From the human T2T-CHM13v2.0 reference genome, Homo sapiens, in the NCBI RefSeq assembly GCF_009914755.1, contig NC_060931.1: 64,000 nt of DNA; one strand, given 5' to 3'. Each line of letters starts with the position of its first letter. Within the stretch, counting starts at the first letter, position 1. Of the stretch, positions 45,892-60,100 are shown one piece after another. A model generated the notes under the pieces. The model did not search any database. It worked only from the letters and a program-made list of their open reading frames with translations, and was not told where the DNA came from. The translations under genes were made by a program, and so were the position numbers.

Positions 45892-47561
45892 TAAGTGAAT
45901 TGCCTAAGGAAGGCCACTCGGGAAGTAAACTGCTGAGTTAAATTCCAGAGCCCAAATCCTTTAACTACTATTCTAAAACACTGAGTCAATTCTACAATTA
46001 AAGAAATCAGTACAATTTCTTTTGATAAGTGAATGTTGATGGTGTGGTTTAACACCCTAGAGATAGCTGAAAAAGATTTAAATGTTAACAGGGTCCAAGG
46101 AAGCAGGTAGATTGTTCCCTGGGGCATTAATAAAGGGCCAAATAAATGTCCTGAATTGGACACTGGGCAGACAAGATTCATTCTGAATTCCTTTAGGTTA
46201 AGGAGAACTAGGCTATCATTTGTATTGCCTCTTATTGCAGGAGATAAGCAAACAGTAACAATAAATAGAATAGCTAAAGTTAGGTGAAGACTGACACTCT
46301 CCTCCCCATATAGCAAATTAGATAGAGAGCTCACACTCTGTTCCAACAATCTGGAGTGTTTATTCCTAACAAAGAAAGAGTATATTATTCTCTAGCCTCT
46401 CAGTGAGAGATTCACTGCAATTAAGTACCAATCTTTTCTCTTTCTAGTATATTTTATTTTCATGGTACTGTAAAGGATCTTCTGTGCAACTCAGGGAAAT
46501 TAGGTCATTCCCAGGTATATTAGTCAGCTTGGGCTGCCATAACAAAATGCCATAGACTGGGTGGTGGAAATAGCAGAAATTTATTTTCTCATAGTTCTGG
46601 AGGCTGGAAGTCAGATCAGGGTGCTGGCATGACTGGGTTTTGGTGAGACCTCCCTCCTTGGCTTGCAGACAGCAGCCTTCTTGCAGTGTGGCTCACAAGA
46701 CCTTTCCTCGGGGCAGGCACATGCAAGCTCTCTGGTGTTTCTTCCTATAAGGAAACTAATCCCATCATGAGGGCCCAATCTTCATGACCTCATCTAATGC
46801 TAATTACCTCCCAAAGGCCCCATACCCAAATACCATCACTGAGGGTTACAGCATCCACATGAAATTGGGGGAGGATACACTCCATAATATTCTGCCCCCT
46901 GGTCCCCCAAAATTCATGTCTTTACTGCATGCAAAATACATTCATTTCATCCCAACAATCCCCAAAAGTCTTATTGCAGGATCAATTCTGAAATCTAAAG
47001 TAAAAAGTCTCATTTAAATATCTAAACCAGGTACAGATAAGATTCATCCTGAGGCAAAATTCCTCTCCAGCTATGAACTTGTGAAACCAGACAAGTTACG
47101 TGCTTCCAAAATAAAATGGTGAGACAGGCATAGAATACACATCCCCGTTCAAAAATAAAGAAATAGGAGAGAAGGAAGGAGTGATGGGTCCCAAGCAAGT
47201 CCAAAACTTAGCAAGGCAAATTCTGTTATATCTTAAGCCTGGAGGAAATTCCTCTTTGGCTCAAATCTCGGTCTTCCAGACTCATTGAGGTAGTAGCATT
47301 ACCCCCACTGCTAATGTGTGGCCACAAACATGAAGCTTTGCTGGGCAGAGACCTTTGAAACCAAGGTGGAGGCAGTCTTGCCCTACGCCATCCCCCTGGG
47401 CCCATGCACTCTTAGCCTGTGGTAGGAGTGGCAGTCCTGATGATCTCTCAATTGCCTTTGGGGTCCTTTTGTCCTTTTCCTGAAGAGTAGCTCACTTTCA
47501 CAGCTGAATAGCTCTATGGTCCTGTCCTGTAAAATCCAAGAAGTCAGTCATACCTCCCACT

Positions 47562-48290
47562 GCCTTCCCCTCCCCTCCCCTCCCCTCTCCTCTCCTTTCC
47601 TTGACAGGATCTCCTCTCTTCTCCCCTCCCCTCCCCTCTCCTCTCCTTTCCTTGACAGGATCTCCTCTCTTCTCCCCTCCCCTCCCCTGTCGTCTCCTTT
47701 CCTTGACAGGATCTCCTCTCTTCTCTCCTCTCCTCTCCTCTCCATTCCTCTACTTCCCTCTCCTTCCCTCTCCTCTCCCTCCCCTCCCCTCCCCTCTCCC
47801 TCCCCTCCCCTCCTCTCCCCTCTCCCTCCCCTCCCCTCCTCTCCCCTCTCTTTTCCTTTCCTTGACAGGATCTCCTCTCCTCTCCTTCCCTCCCCTCCTC
47901 TCCCCTCCCCTCCTCTCCCCTCCCCTCCTCTCCCCTCCCCTCCCCTCCCCTCCCCTCCCCTTTCCTTTCCTTGACAGGATCTCCTCCCCTCCCCTCCCCT
48001 CCCCTCCCCTCTCCTCTCCTTTCCTTTCCTTCACAGGGTCTCCTCTCCTCTCCTCTCCTCTCCTCTCCTCTCCTCTTCTCTCCTCCCGTCTCCTCGTCTC
48101 CCCTCCCCTCCACTCCCCTCCCCTTTTCTCCCCACTCCTCTCCTCTCCTTTCCTTTCCTTGACAGGATCTCCTCTCCTCTCCTCTCCTCTCCTCTCCACT
48201 CCACTCCCCTCCTCTCCTCTCCTCTCCAACCTCCTCTCCTCTCCTCCTCCCCTTCCCTTCCCCTCCCCTCCCCTCCCCTTTCCTTGACAA
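47562..48290. repeat. Polypyrimidine VNTR built from CCCCT/CTCCT units and a repeated TTCCTTGACAGGATCTC anchor
   Basis: Anchors at 47603, 47654, 47705 (51-bp period), 47864, 47973, 48032, 48161 and 48286. Confidence 0.95.
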
Positions 48291-48568
48291 GATCTGGCTC
48301 CGTTGCCCAGGCTGCAGTGAAGTGGCATGATCATGGCTCACTGCAGCCTCAACTTCCTAGGCACAAGCAATCCTCCTGCCTCAGCTCCCCCAAGTAGCTG
48401 GGACTACAGGTGCATGCCACCATGCCTGGCAATTTTTTTTTGGTATTTTTTGTAGAGACAGGGTTTCACCATGTTGCCCACACTGGTCTCAAACTCCTGA
48501 GCTCAAGTGATCCACCTGCCTCAGCCTCTCAAAGTGCTAGGATACAGGTGTGAGCCACTGCACCGGGC
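48285..48568 (-). mobile_element. AluJ-like element inserted in the MaLR internal region
   Basis: gacaagatctggctccgttgcccaggctg...gtgagccactgcaccgggcc. Confidence 0.92.
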
Positions 48569-49997
48569 CCTCTCTTTCTTTGTCCCCTTTAGTTCAAACA
48601 GATGGTGTCTCTGCTGGTATAATCCCATCTCTATGCCTGCTTTCTGTTGAAATGGCTGATTGTGTTCACGAACTGCACTCATGATCTTTTTATCAAATGG
48701 ATGTTCATCCACACCCTTAGTATTCTTTTCAGGACAAGCTTTCTCATTTTTTGCAATATGGATAGGCTGATAATTTTCTCAAATCTTCAAGCTCTGGTTC
48801 CCTTTTGCTTAATTCCTTCTTCAATTCATCTCTTTCATTTCACATTTTGCTATAAGCACTCAGGAGGAACCAAGCTACTCCTCGGACACTTTGCTTAGTA
48901 AAATATCCAATTCAGCCTCACAAGTTCTACCTTCCACAAAATACTAGAACACAGTCCAGCTAAATTCTTTGCTACTTTATATCAAAGATCACCTTTCCTC
49001 CAATTAATATATTCTTCCAATGACTTGTTCTTCATTTCTGTCTGAGACCTCCCCAGAATTGCCCTTAATGGTCATATTTCTAGTATGCATCTCAAAGCTC
49101 TCCCAGTCTCTCATTATGCAGTTTCAAGCTGCTTCCACATATTTAGGTATTTGTTACACAGCACCCTGTTTCTTGGTACCAAAATCTGTATGAATCAGCT
49201 TGGGCTGCCATAACAAAATACCATAGACTGGGTGATGTAAACAAAAGAAACTTACTTTCTCACAGTTCTGAAGGCTGGAAGTCTGAGATGAGGGTGCCAG
49301 CATGGCTGGGTTCTGGTGAGACTTCTCTTGCTGGCTTGCAGACAGCTACCTTCTCACTGTGTGTTCACATAGCCTTTCCTAAGCACATGTGTGTGGAGAG
49401 AAACAGAGAGAGGAAAGCTCTTCAGTGTCTCTTCTTATAAAGGCACTGAACCCACCATGAAGCCCCACCCTCATGACCATCTAATCCTAATTATCATCCA
49501 AAGCTCCATCCCCAAACACCATAAACACTGGGGGTTAGGGCTTTAACAGGTGGAGTTGGGAGGATACAAATATTCAATTTATAGCACCGGATATCCTTTA
49601 TTTTAATTTGTTTTGTTTCCATTTATTTTTGTTACAAATGAATCTGTCTAGAGTTTTTTTCCCCAACTTTTAATTATACAGTATTTTCAACACCACAGAT
49701 GTTGAAAGGATACAATACTACACGCCCCCCACCAAGATTCACCAGTTGTTAACATTTTGCCATCCTTGCCTTATGTATATGCCTATCTACCTATATATAT
49801 TTTGAAAGTAACTTGCACATCATGATATGCTACCTCCTACCGAGTCAGCATTCATCTCCTAACCAAAATACCATTATTATACTCAAGAATAATTATCTTA
49901 TATCATCTTCTGGCCCATCTATATTAAAATTTCTCCAAATTTTTATAGCTATTTTCCCCTGAATTTGGATCCAATCAATTTCATTGCATTTGAAAAA

Positions 49998-50122
49998 GTG
50001 CTGTCATCTTCTATGATAACAATGCTTTTTTCTGGAATACCTCCTGAAGGACCCGCCTGAGGCTGTCTTACAGTTAATATTTTTAAAAAACAAGTAGTAG
50101 TATACTCTAAAATAATGATAAC
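49998..50122 (+). repeat. ~125-bp internal Tigger3b fragment within an old L1MC-like relic
   Basis: gctgtcatct...cctcctgaaggacc.gcctgaggctgtcttacag...caagtagtagta..ctctaaaataat; near-identical to 53518-53640. Confidence 0.85.
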
Positions 50123-50616
50123 GATTAAATGCCTTTACTTTTATTAATTCAAAAAAGTCCTCCTACCCTTTTCTCCCCTCGTGACCTTGACTTTTTGAAG
50201 AGACAAAGGTGTGATAATGGCATTGTCACTATGTTATATTTTAGAGATTCATACTGAAATACTTACCAATGAAATGGGGGGAGAGCTGTTACAAAAATAC
50301 AATGCATAATTAATTTGCCTCAGATTTAATTTAAACTTCTTACCTAAGTGGAATCAACTTCTTACCTAAGCTTATCAATTGCACAAGTAAACATACAGGA
50401 TTGACTTACGTGGTGATAATACTGGAAAACACTGTATGTTTATGATTCTAGAATTCTACCTCAGTTTAGCATAGTTTTAAACTTAAGTTCATTAGTGATT
50501 TAGCTCATCAAAATATGTGGGTGAAAAATATTAAAACTCCAACTAAAAACCCCTCAAATAAGACTAGAATAAAATTCTAAGAATCACCCTAAATCATTCT
50601 ACTCAGGAATAACTTT

Positions 50617-51272
50617 TGCTATGGTCTGAATGCTTTTATCTCCCTAAAATTTATATGTTGAAATCTCACCCCCAATGTGATGGTCTTAGGAGGTGGGACT
50701 GTTGAGAGGTGGCTAGGTCATGAGGGCAGCACCCTCATGAATGGGATTAGTGCCCTCAAAAAGAGGCTCCAGCGAGTGCAGTGGCTCATGCCTGTAATCC
50801 CAGGACTTTGGGAGGCTGAGTCAGGCAGATCACGAGGTCAGGAGATCGAGACCATCCTGGCTAACACAGTGAAACCATGTCTCTACTAAAAATACAAAAA
50901 ATTAGCCGGGAGTGTTGGCGGGCGCCTGTAGTCCCAGCTACTCAGGAGGCTGAGGCAGGAGAATGGCGTGAACCCAGGAGGCAGAGCTTGCAGTGAGCCG
51001 AGATCGCCCCACTGCACTCCAGCCTGGACTACAAAGCAAGACTCTGTCTCAAAAAAAAAAAAAAAAAGAGGCTCCAGTGAGCCGCCTTCCATGTGAGGAC
51101 ACAACTAGAAAACCATCTATGAGCCAGGAAAAGGGCCCTCACCAGAAACTGAATCTGCCAACGCCTTGATCTTAGACTGCTCAGCCCTGAGAATTGTGGG
51201 AAACGCATTTTTGTTGTTATAAGCCGCCCAGTCTATGATATTTTGTTATAGCAGCCTGAATGGACTAAGACA
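50617..51272 (+). mobile_element. MaLR solo LTR (MLT1A/MST-type) interrupted by AluY
   Basis: tgctatggtctgaatg ... gcagcctgaatggactaagaca; TSD acttt/actat. Confidence 0.85.
50773..51067 (+). mobile_element. AluY
   Basis: AluY diagnostics; TSD aaaaagaggctccag. Confidence 0.94.
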
Positions 51273-51531
51273 ACTATCACTGACAGGTGAAGAGCACACC
51301 CAACTATCTCTCTATATATCTATATGTGTAGCCAGGTAACAAAACTTCTAAAGTACTACAGTACTGTATATTCAATCCAAGGCCTACATGCCTGTTCCTT
51401 GCCCTGCCTCTGCTCTACCAGTACTGCAAGGAGTTTCATCTCTGCAGTCTGCATTTCCTAGGCTCCTGTGTGTCAGCTGACATCTGTCTGGAATCAGTCA
51501 ATGAGAGACTCGTGGAAACTGGAGGCTGTGA

Positions 51532-51882
<351 letters not shown>

Positions 51883-52021
51883 GAGCTGTGCTTTCTTTGC
51901 GCCCCTGTGGTTCAGTTGAACACTGCTTTCTTGCTTTGTCCTTTCAGTCTAAAAACGGAGTGGCTTCTGGCTCTTACTAATCACCACATTAACTTACTAT
52001 CATGTTTTGGGTTTTTTGTTG

Positions 52022-52161
52022 TCATTGTTGTTTGTTTGTTTGTTTTTTAGACAGGGTCTTGCTGTGTTGCCCAGGCTGGTCTCAAACTCCTGGGCACAAG
52101 CAATCCTCCCATCTCAGCCTCCCAGGTAGCAGGGATTACAGGCAAGTGCTACCACGCCTGC
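52022..52161 (-). mobile_element. Alu monomer (FLAM-like)
   Basis: (TTTG)n + agacagggtcttgctgtgttgcccaggctgg. Confidence 0.82.
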
Positions 52162-52374
52162 TACTATCATGTTTGATTTAGCTCTTCCATTACCTGAATA
52201 ACTAATTCCACGTATTAAATTCCTTCATTTAAAATACTTGAAGCAGTTTCTAATTAGACCCTGACTGCTCTACAATAGATCCTCTTTAATTTAAAAGTTC
52301 TAATTTTAATTAATTTTATTTAAATTTGATACAACAAAAAGACATGAAGTAAAAAAAAAAAAAAAAAAAATTCA

Positions 52375-52670
52375 GGCTGGGTGTGGTGGGTCACATCTAT
52401 AATCCCTAGCACTTTGGGAGGCTGAGGCGGGCAGATCACTTGCCGTCAAGAGTTTGAGACCAGCCTGGCCAACATGGCAAAACCCCGTCTCTACTAAAAA
52501 CACACACACACACAAATAGCCAGGCATGGTGGCACATGCCTGTAGTCCCAGCTACTCAGGAGACTGAGGCAGTAGAATCGCTTGAACCTGGGAGACAGAA
52601 GTTGTAGTGAGCCAAGATCGCGCCACTGCACTTCAGCCTGGGCAACAGAGCAACTCCGTCTCAAAAAAAA
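52375..52670 (+). mobile_element. AluS-like element with a (CA)n linker
   Basis: Dimer; the middle A-rich linker has become cacacaca. Confidence 0.92.
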
Positions 52671-52781
52671 TTTTTTTTTCTTTAACATGGGAAGTATTTT
52701 TTCCAAAGGCTCTTTCTAGGTTAAGAAATTATGAAAATCTCCAAGAGGCTGAATATTTTTTATTCTTGATATTATTCTTAA

Positions 52782-54216
<1,435 letters not shown>

Positions 54217-54737
54217 TATTTTAAACTGCTTTTCAATTTTAAACAGTAAAAGTAGACACTTTGTGAAAAATTAGTACCTACTAGGTTTGTCTCCTCTCTC
54301 CAAAACAATTTTTCAGTTACATGGTATTTATTTTATCCAGGTTTGAAATATTTGCCTTTTATTCTCTAATTATAATTTCCATAGTTGTTTAGTATTAGTA
54401 AAGTTACATATTTAAACCAGCTATACTTTACTAAAATGTAAGTTTCATGCAGGCATGATGAGTTATTTGCTTTGTTCAATGATGTATCTGAAGTGTCTAG
54501 AAGAATGTCTGGCACATAGTAGGCACTAATAAATACTTGTTGTTCAATAAATTATTTTCCCAATTTTTTACTTCCTGAGTTTAAAATTTTCTCTAATTGT
54601 ATTTGATTGTTGCATATGGTATATAAATAAACATACACATATACACAGATGTTTACCCCGTCCCAAGAAAAACTCAGGCATGTTGTGTTCCTTGAGTTCC
54701 TTCATGTTTGAAAATGACTGTCTTTTGCCTGTATGCT

Positions 54738-55137
54738 TGTGATAATTAATACTGAGTGTCAACTTGATTGTATTGAAGGATGTACAATATTAATCCTGGT
54801 TGTGTCTGTGAGGGTATTGCCAAAAGAGATTAACATTTGAGTCAGTGGGCTGTGGAAGGCAGACCCACCATTAATTTGGATGGGCACCATCTAATCAGCT
54901 GCCAGCATGTATAAAACAGGCAGAAAAACGAGAAAATGTTAGACTGGCCTAGCCTCCCAGCCCACATCTTTCTCCCCTGCTGGATGCCCTCTGCCCTCGA
55001 ACATCGGACTCCAAGCTCTTCAGTTTTGGAACTCGGACTGGCTCTCCTTGCTCCTCAGCCCGCAGATGGCCTATTGTGTGACCTTGTGATAGTGTGAGTT
55101 AATACTGAATAAACTCATATATGTGTGTGTGTGTGTA

Positions 55138-55173
<36 letters not shown>

Positions 55174-55209
55174 CGTATATATATATACGTATATATATAT
55201 ATATATATC

Positions 55210-55262
<53 letters not shown>
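54738..55262 (+). mobile_element. 5' LTR (MLT2A1/A2-type); 3' end replaced by (TG)n(TA)n
   Basis: tgtgataattaatactgagtgtcaacttgattg...; aataaa 55108, then ~140 bp microsatellite running directly into the internal region. Confidence 0.9.
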
Positions 55263-55264
<2 letters not shown>

Positions 55265-55356
55265 TTTTGGTACCAGGAGTGTGGTTCAGAGGAACAGAAT
55301 ATTAAGGATGGAGTAGTTAGGTTGGTTTGGGTGTTTCTGGAGGTGGCTGCTTAATA

Positions 55357-56956
55357 TGATTAGACCCAAAAATGCTAAGGACTCTACTTCTAATAGTATG
55401 GAGAACACTGATAGTCCTTGGTGTGAACTGTTTAAAGAGTTATGCGAAATAAATGCATTTGACACTCCTGATTCATTGCTCGTGGGAGGCAAGGAGTTTA
55501 GTGACTCTATACATAATACCTTTGACCATATGTGGAGAACCAAGGAACATAATGAAGCTGGTTGGTTGGTTGCTCTTAAGTTCACTGGACAAAATGATGA
55601 AAGAAAATAATGAACTCAGGGATTCTGTCTCCCAGTTTCAGAAACAGACACTGAGCCTCAAATGTGCTGAGATGGCCCTGAGTGAGAGTCTTATCTCCTG
55701 TAGAGAAAGAGCTGAAATTGTGGAAAAACAGACGCAAGCTCTTATCACATGAGTGGCTGATCTGCAATGAAAGGTGAATGCACAGCCTCGCCAGGTGTCT
55801 ACTGTTAAAGTGAAGGCATTGATTGGAAAAGAATGGGACCCTGAAACTTGGAATGGGGATGTGTGGGAGGACCCTGATGAAGCTGGGGACACTGAGCTTA
55901 TAAGATCTGATGAACATTTTTTTGCCAGAAGGAACAGCTTCCCCATCCCCAGTAGTGGGAACATCCCCTCCCTGACCCATGCTGCCATCAGTCTTTCCAC
56001 CTTTGTCTGAGGAGACACCTGTGATGTCTGAGGCAACAGTGATGGCATCCCCTCAGGCAGTTGCCAGGCAAGATAATGTTGATTCTCCTCAGGAGACACC
56101 CCCAACACCTCTCTTTGCTTCTAGACCTATAACTAGACTAAAGTCCTGACGGGTGCCTAGAGGTGAGGTTGAGTGTGACCCATAAGGAGGTGCACTACAC
56201 TCAAAAAGAACTGCTTGAGTTTTCTGATTTATATAAACAGAAATCTGGAGAACCGGCATGGGAATGAATATTAAGGGTGTGGGATAATGGTGGAAGGAAC
56301 ATAGAATTGGATCAGGCTGAATTTATTGATTGGGCCCACTAAGTAGGGACACCATTTAATGTTGCAGCTCAGGGAGTTAAAAAGGTTCTAATAGTTTATT
56401 TTCTTGGTTAGCTAAAATATGGATTAAAAGATGGTCCACTGTGAGCAAGCTGGAAATGCCTGATCTCTCTTGGTTTAATGTAGAGGAAGGGATCCCAAGG
56501 CTTAGGGAGACTGGGATGGTGGAGTGGATTAGTCACTTTAGACCTACTCATCCCACCTGAGAGGGTCCAGAAGATATATCCTTGACCAATGCCTTGCAAA
56601 ATATATTTGGGAGGGCAGCACCTGCATCTTTGAAGAGCCCTGTAATTGCTCTTTTCTGTATGTCAGAGCTAACAGTGGGAACCACAGTCACTCAACTACA
56701 AAATTTAAATACAATGGGAATAACTGGATCCCAAGGTGGCAGGGGCAAAGTAGCAGCACTCAACTGTAAAAGGCAGGGTGGGTATAGCTACTGTAATGGA
56801 AAGCAGAGGCAAAGTGGCAATCAGAATAGTCTGATTCATGTAGAGCTCTGGCATTGGCTAATTAATCACAGTGCTCCTAGAAGTGAAATTGATAGGAAGC
56901 CTACTGCATTCCTACTTAATTTATATAAGCAGAAAACTTCTAAGTCAAATGGATAA
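55357..56956 (+). pseudogene. HERV-L gag remnant (stops and frameshifts)
   Basis: MENTDSPWCELFKEL..., KVKALIGKEWDPETWNGDVWEDP, LWHWLINHSAPRSEID fragments. Confidence 0.85.
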
Positions 56957-57129
56957 AATACTAATTTAAATTATAAAAACAGAGAATCATGCCCCCTCAA
57001 TTAATTTCCAGACATGAGCCAGTTTACAGACCCAGAACCCCTTGAATGAAGGGGAGGCTGGGTCCCCTTGATGAAAGACCCCACTACATTACTGACAGTA
57101 TCTTTCTCCCATCCTTCCCCAAGGAGACT

Positions 57130-60100
57130 TCTTGCCTTTTACCAAGGTAACTGTATCTTGGGGAAAGGGAAATGATCAGACACTTCAGGGACTACTGGAC
57201 ACTAGCTCTGAGCTGACGTTGATTCCAGGGGACCGAAAACATCATTGTTGTCCTCCAGTTAAATTAATTAATTAAATAAATTAAATTAATTACCAGTCAG
57301 GTAATTAATGGAGTTTTAGCTCAGGTCCAACTTACAGTGGGTCCAGTGTGTCCCCAAACTCATCTTATGATTATTTCCCCAGTGCCAGAATGCATAATTG
57401 GCATAGACATACTTAGCAGCTGGCAGAACCCCCATATTGGCTCCCTGACTGGTAGGGTGAGGGCTATTATGGTGGGAAAGGCTAAATGGAAGCCATTAGA
57501 GCTGCCTCTATCTAGAAAAATAGTAAATAAAAAACAATATCGCATCCCTGGAGGGATTGCTGAGATTAGTGCCACCATCAAGGACTTCAAAGATGCAGGG
57601 GTGGTAATTCCCACCATATCCCTGTTCAACTCTCCCATTTGGCCTGTGCAGAAGAAAGATGGATCTTGGAGAATGGCAGTGGATTACCATAAGCTTAACC
57701 CAGTGGTAACTCCAACTGGAGCTGCTGTACCAGGTTTCATTGCTTGAGCAAATTAACACATCTCCTTGTACCTTGTATGCAGCCATTGACTTGGTAAATG
57801 CCTTTTTCTCTATGCCTGTCCATAAGGCTCACTAGAAGCAATTTGCCTTCAGCTGGCAAGGCCAGCAATATCCCTTTACTGTCCTACCTCAGGGATATAT
57901 CTACTCTCCAGTTTTGTGTCATAATCTTATTCAGAGAGACCTTGATCACTTTTCGCTTCCACAAGATATCACGCTGGTCCATTACATTAATGACATTATG
58001 CTGATTGAATCCAGTGAGTGAGAAGTAGCAAACACACTGGACTTACTGGTGAGATATTTGCATGCCAGAGGACCAGAAATAAATTCAACTACAATTCAGG
58101 AATCTTCTACCTCAGCAAAATTTCTAGGGGTCCAGTGGTGTGGGGCCTATCGAGATATTCCTTCTAAAGTGAAGGATAAGTTGCTTCATTTGGCCCCTCC
58201 TACAACCAAGAAAGAGGCACAATGCCTAGTGGGCCTATTTGGATTTTGGGGGCAACACATTTCTCATTTGGGTGTGTTACTCCAGCCCATTTATTGAGTG
58301 ACCCAAAAGGCTGCCAGTTTTGAGTAGGGTCCAGAACAGGAGAAGGCTCTGCAACAGGTCCAGGTTGCTGTGCAAGCTGCTCTGCCACTTGAGCCATATG
58401 ACCCAGCAGATCCAATGGGTGCTTGAGGTGTCAGTAGCTGATAGGGATGCAGTTTGGGGCCCTTGGCAGGCCCTCATAGGTGAATAACAGCAGAGGCCTC
58501 TAGGATTTTTGAGCAAGGCCCTGCCATCTTCTGCAGATAACTACTCTCCTTTTGAGAGACATATCTTGGCCTGTTACTAGGCTTTGGTGGAAACTGAATG
58601 TTTGACTAAGGGTCATCAAGTCATCATGCAACCTGAATTGCCTATCATGAACTGGGTACTTTCTGACCCATCTAGCTATAAAGTGGGTCCTGCACAGCAG
58701 CATTCCATCATCAAGTGGAAGTGGTATATACGTGACTAGGCTTGAGCAGGTCCTAAAGGCACAAGCAAGTTACATGAGAAAGTGCCTCGAATGCCCATGG
58801 TCACCAATCCTGCCACCCTGCCTTCTCTCCTCCAGCTTGCACCAATGGCCTCATGGGGAATTCCCTATGATCAGTTGACAGAGGAAGAGAAGACTAGGGC
58901 CTGGTTCACAGATGTTTCTGCATGGTATGCAGGAACCACCCAAAAGTGGACAGCTGCAGCACTACAGCCCCTTTCTAAGACATCCCCGAAGGACAGTGGT
59001 GAAGGGAAATCTTCCTGGAGGGCAGAACTTTGAGCAGTGCACCCGGTTGTGCACTTTGCATGGAAGGAGAAATGGCCAGATGTGTGATTATATACTGCTG
59101 AGACCAGCTTGGTCAGGGAGACCCCAACCCAGCGGCGCTAGAGGAATTAAAGACACACACACAGAAATATAGAGGTGTAAAGTGGGAAATCAGGGGTCTC
59201 ACAGCCGTCAGAGCTGAGAGCCTAGAGCAGAGATTTACCCATGTATTTATTAACAGCAAGCCAGTCATTAGGATTGTTTCTATAGATATTTGATTAATTA
59301 AAAGTGTCCCTTATGGGAAACGAAGGGATGAGCCAAAATAAAGGGGTGGGTTTGGCTAGTTATCTGCAGCAGGAACATGCCCTTAAGGCACAGATCACTC
59401 ATGCTATTGTTTGTGGTTTAAGAACACCTTTAAGCGGTTTTCTGCCCTGGGTGGGCCAGGTGTTCTTTGCCCTCATTCTGGTAAACCCACAACCTTCCAG
59501 CATGGGTGTTATGGCCATCATGAACATGTCACAGTGCTGCAGAGATTTTGTTTATGGCCAGTTTTGGGGCCAGTTTATGGCCAGATTTTGGGGGGCTTGT
59601 TCCCAACAATATACTGATTCATGGGCTGTAGCCAATGGTTTGGCTGGATGGTCAGGGACTTGAAAGAAGCATGATTGGAAAATTGGTGACAAAGAAATCT
59701 GGGGAAGAGGTATGTGGATGGACCTCTCTGAGGGGTAAAAAACAGTGAAGATATTTGTAACCCATGTGAGTGCTCACCAGTGGGTAACCTCAGCATAGGA
59801 GAATTTTAATAATCAAGCGGATAGGATGACCCACTTGTTCTGTAGACACCCCTCAGCCTCTTTCCCCAGCCACCCCTGCCATCGCCCAATGGGCCCATGA
59901 ACAAAGTGGCCATGGTGGCAGGGATGGAGGTTATGCATGGACTCAGCAACATGGACTTCCACTCACCAAGGCTAACCTAGCTGCGGCCACTGCTGAGTGC
60001 CCAATTTGCCAGCAGCAGAGACCAACACTGAGCCCTCAATATGGCACCATTCCTCGGGGTGATCAGCCAGTTACCTGGTGGCAGTTTGATTATATTGGAC

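Larger units (their letters stand above)
46516..49586 (-). mobile_element. MaLR provirus (MLT1A-type): LTR 46516-46889, internal region, LTR 49187-49586
   Basis: Both LTRs start t(a/g)tat..tcagcttgggctgccataacaaaat.ccatagactggg. PBS-side gattttggtacc (reverse, 49175-49186) and polypurine tract (reverse of ttctgccccctggtccccc, 46890). Degenerate TSD ccagg/ccgga. Confidence 0.85.

Noticed and set aside
47516-48341. ORFs up to 265 aa (G/E/R or P/S/L rich), and a superficially CRISPR-like repeated anchor
   Set aside because: Stop-free low-complexity VNTR; the spacers are simple repeats rather than unique sequence, and the DNA is human.
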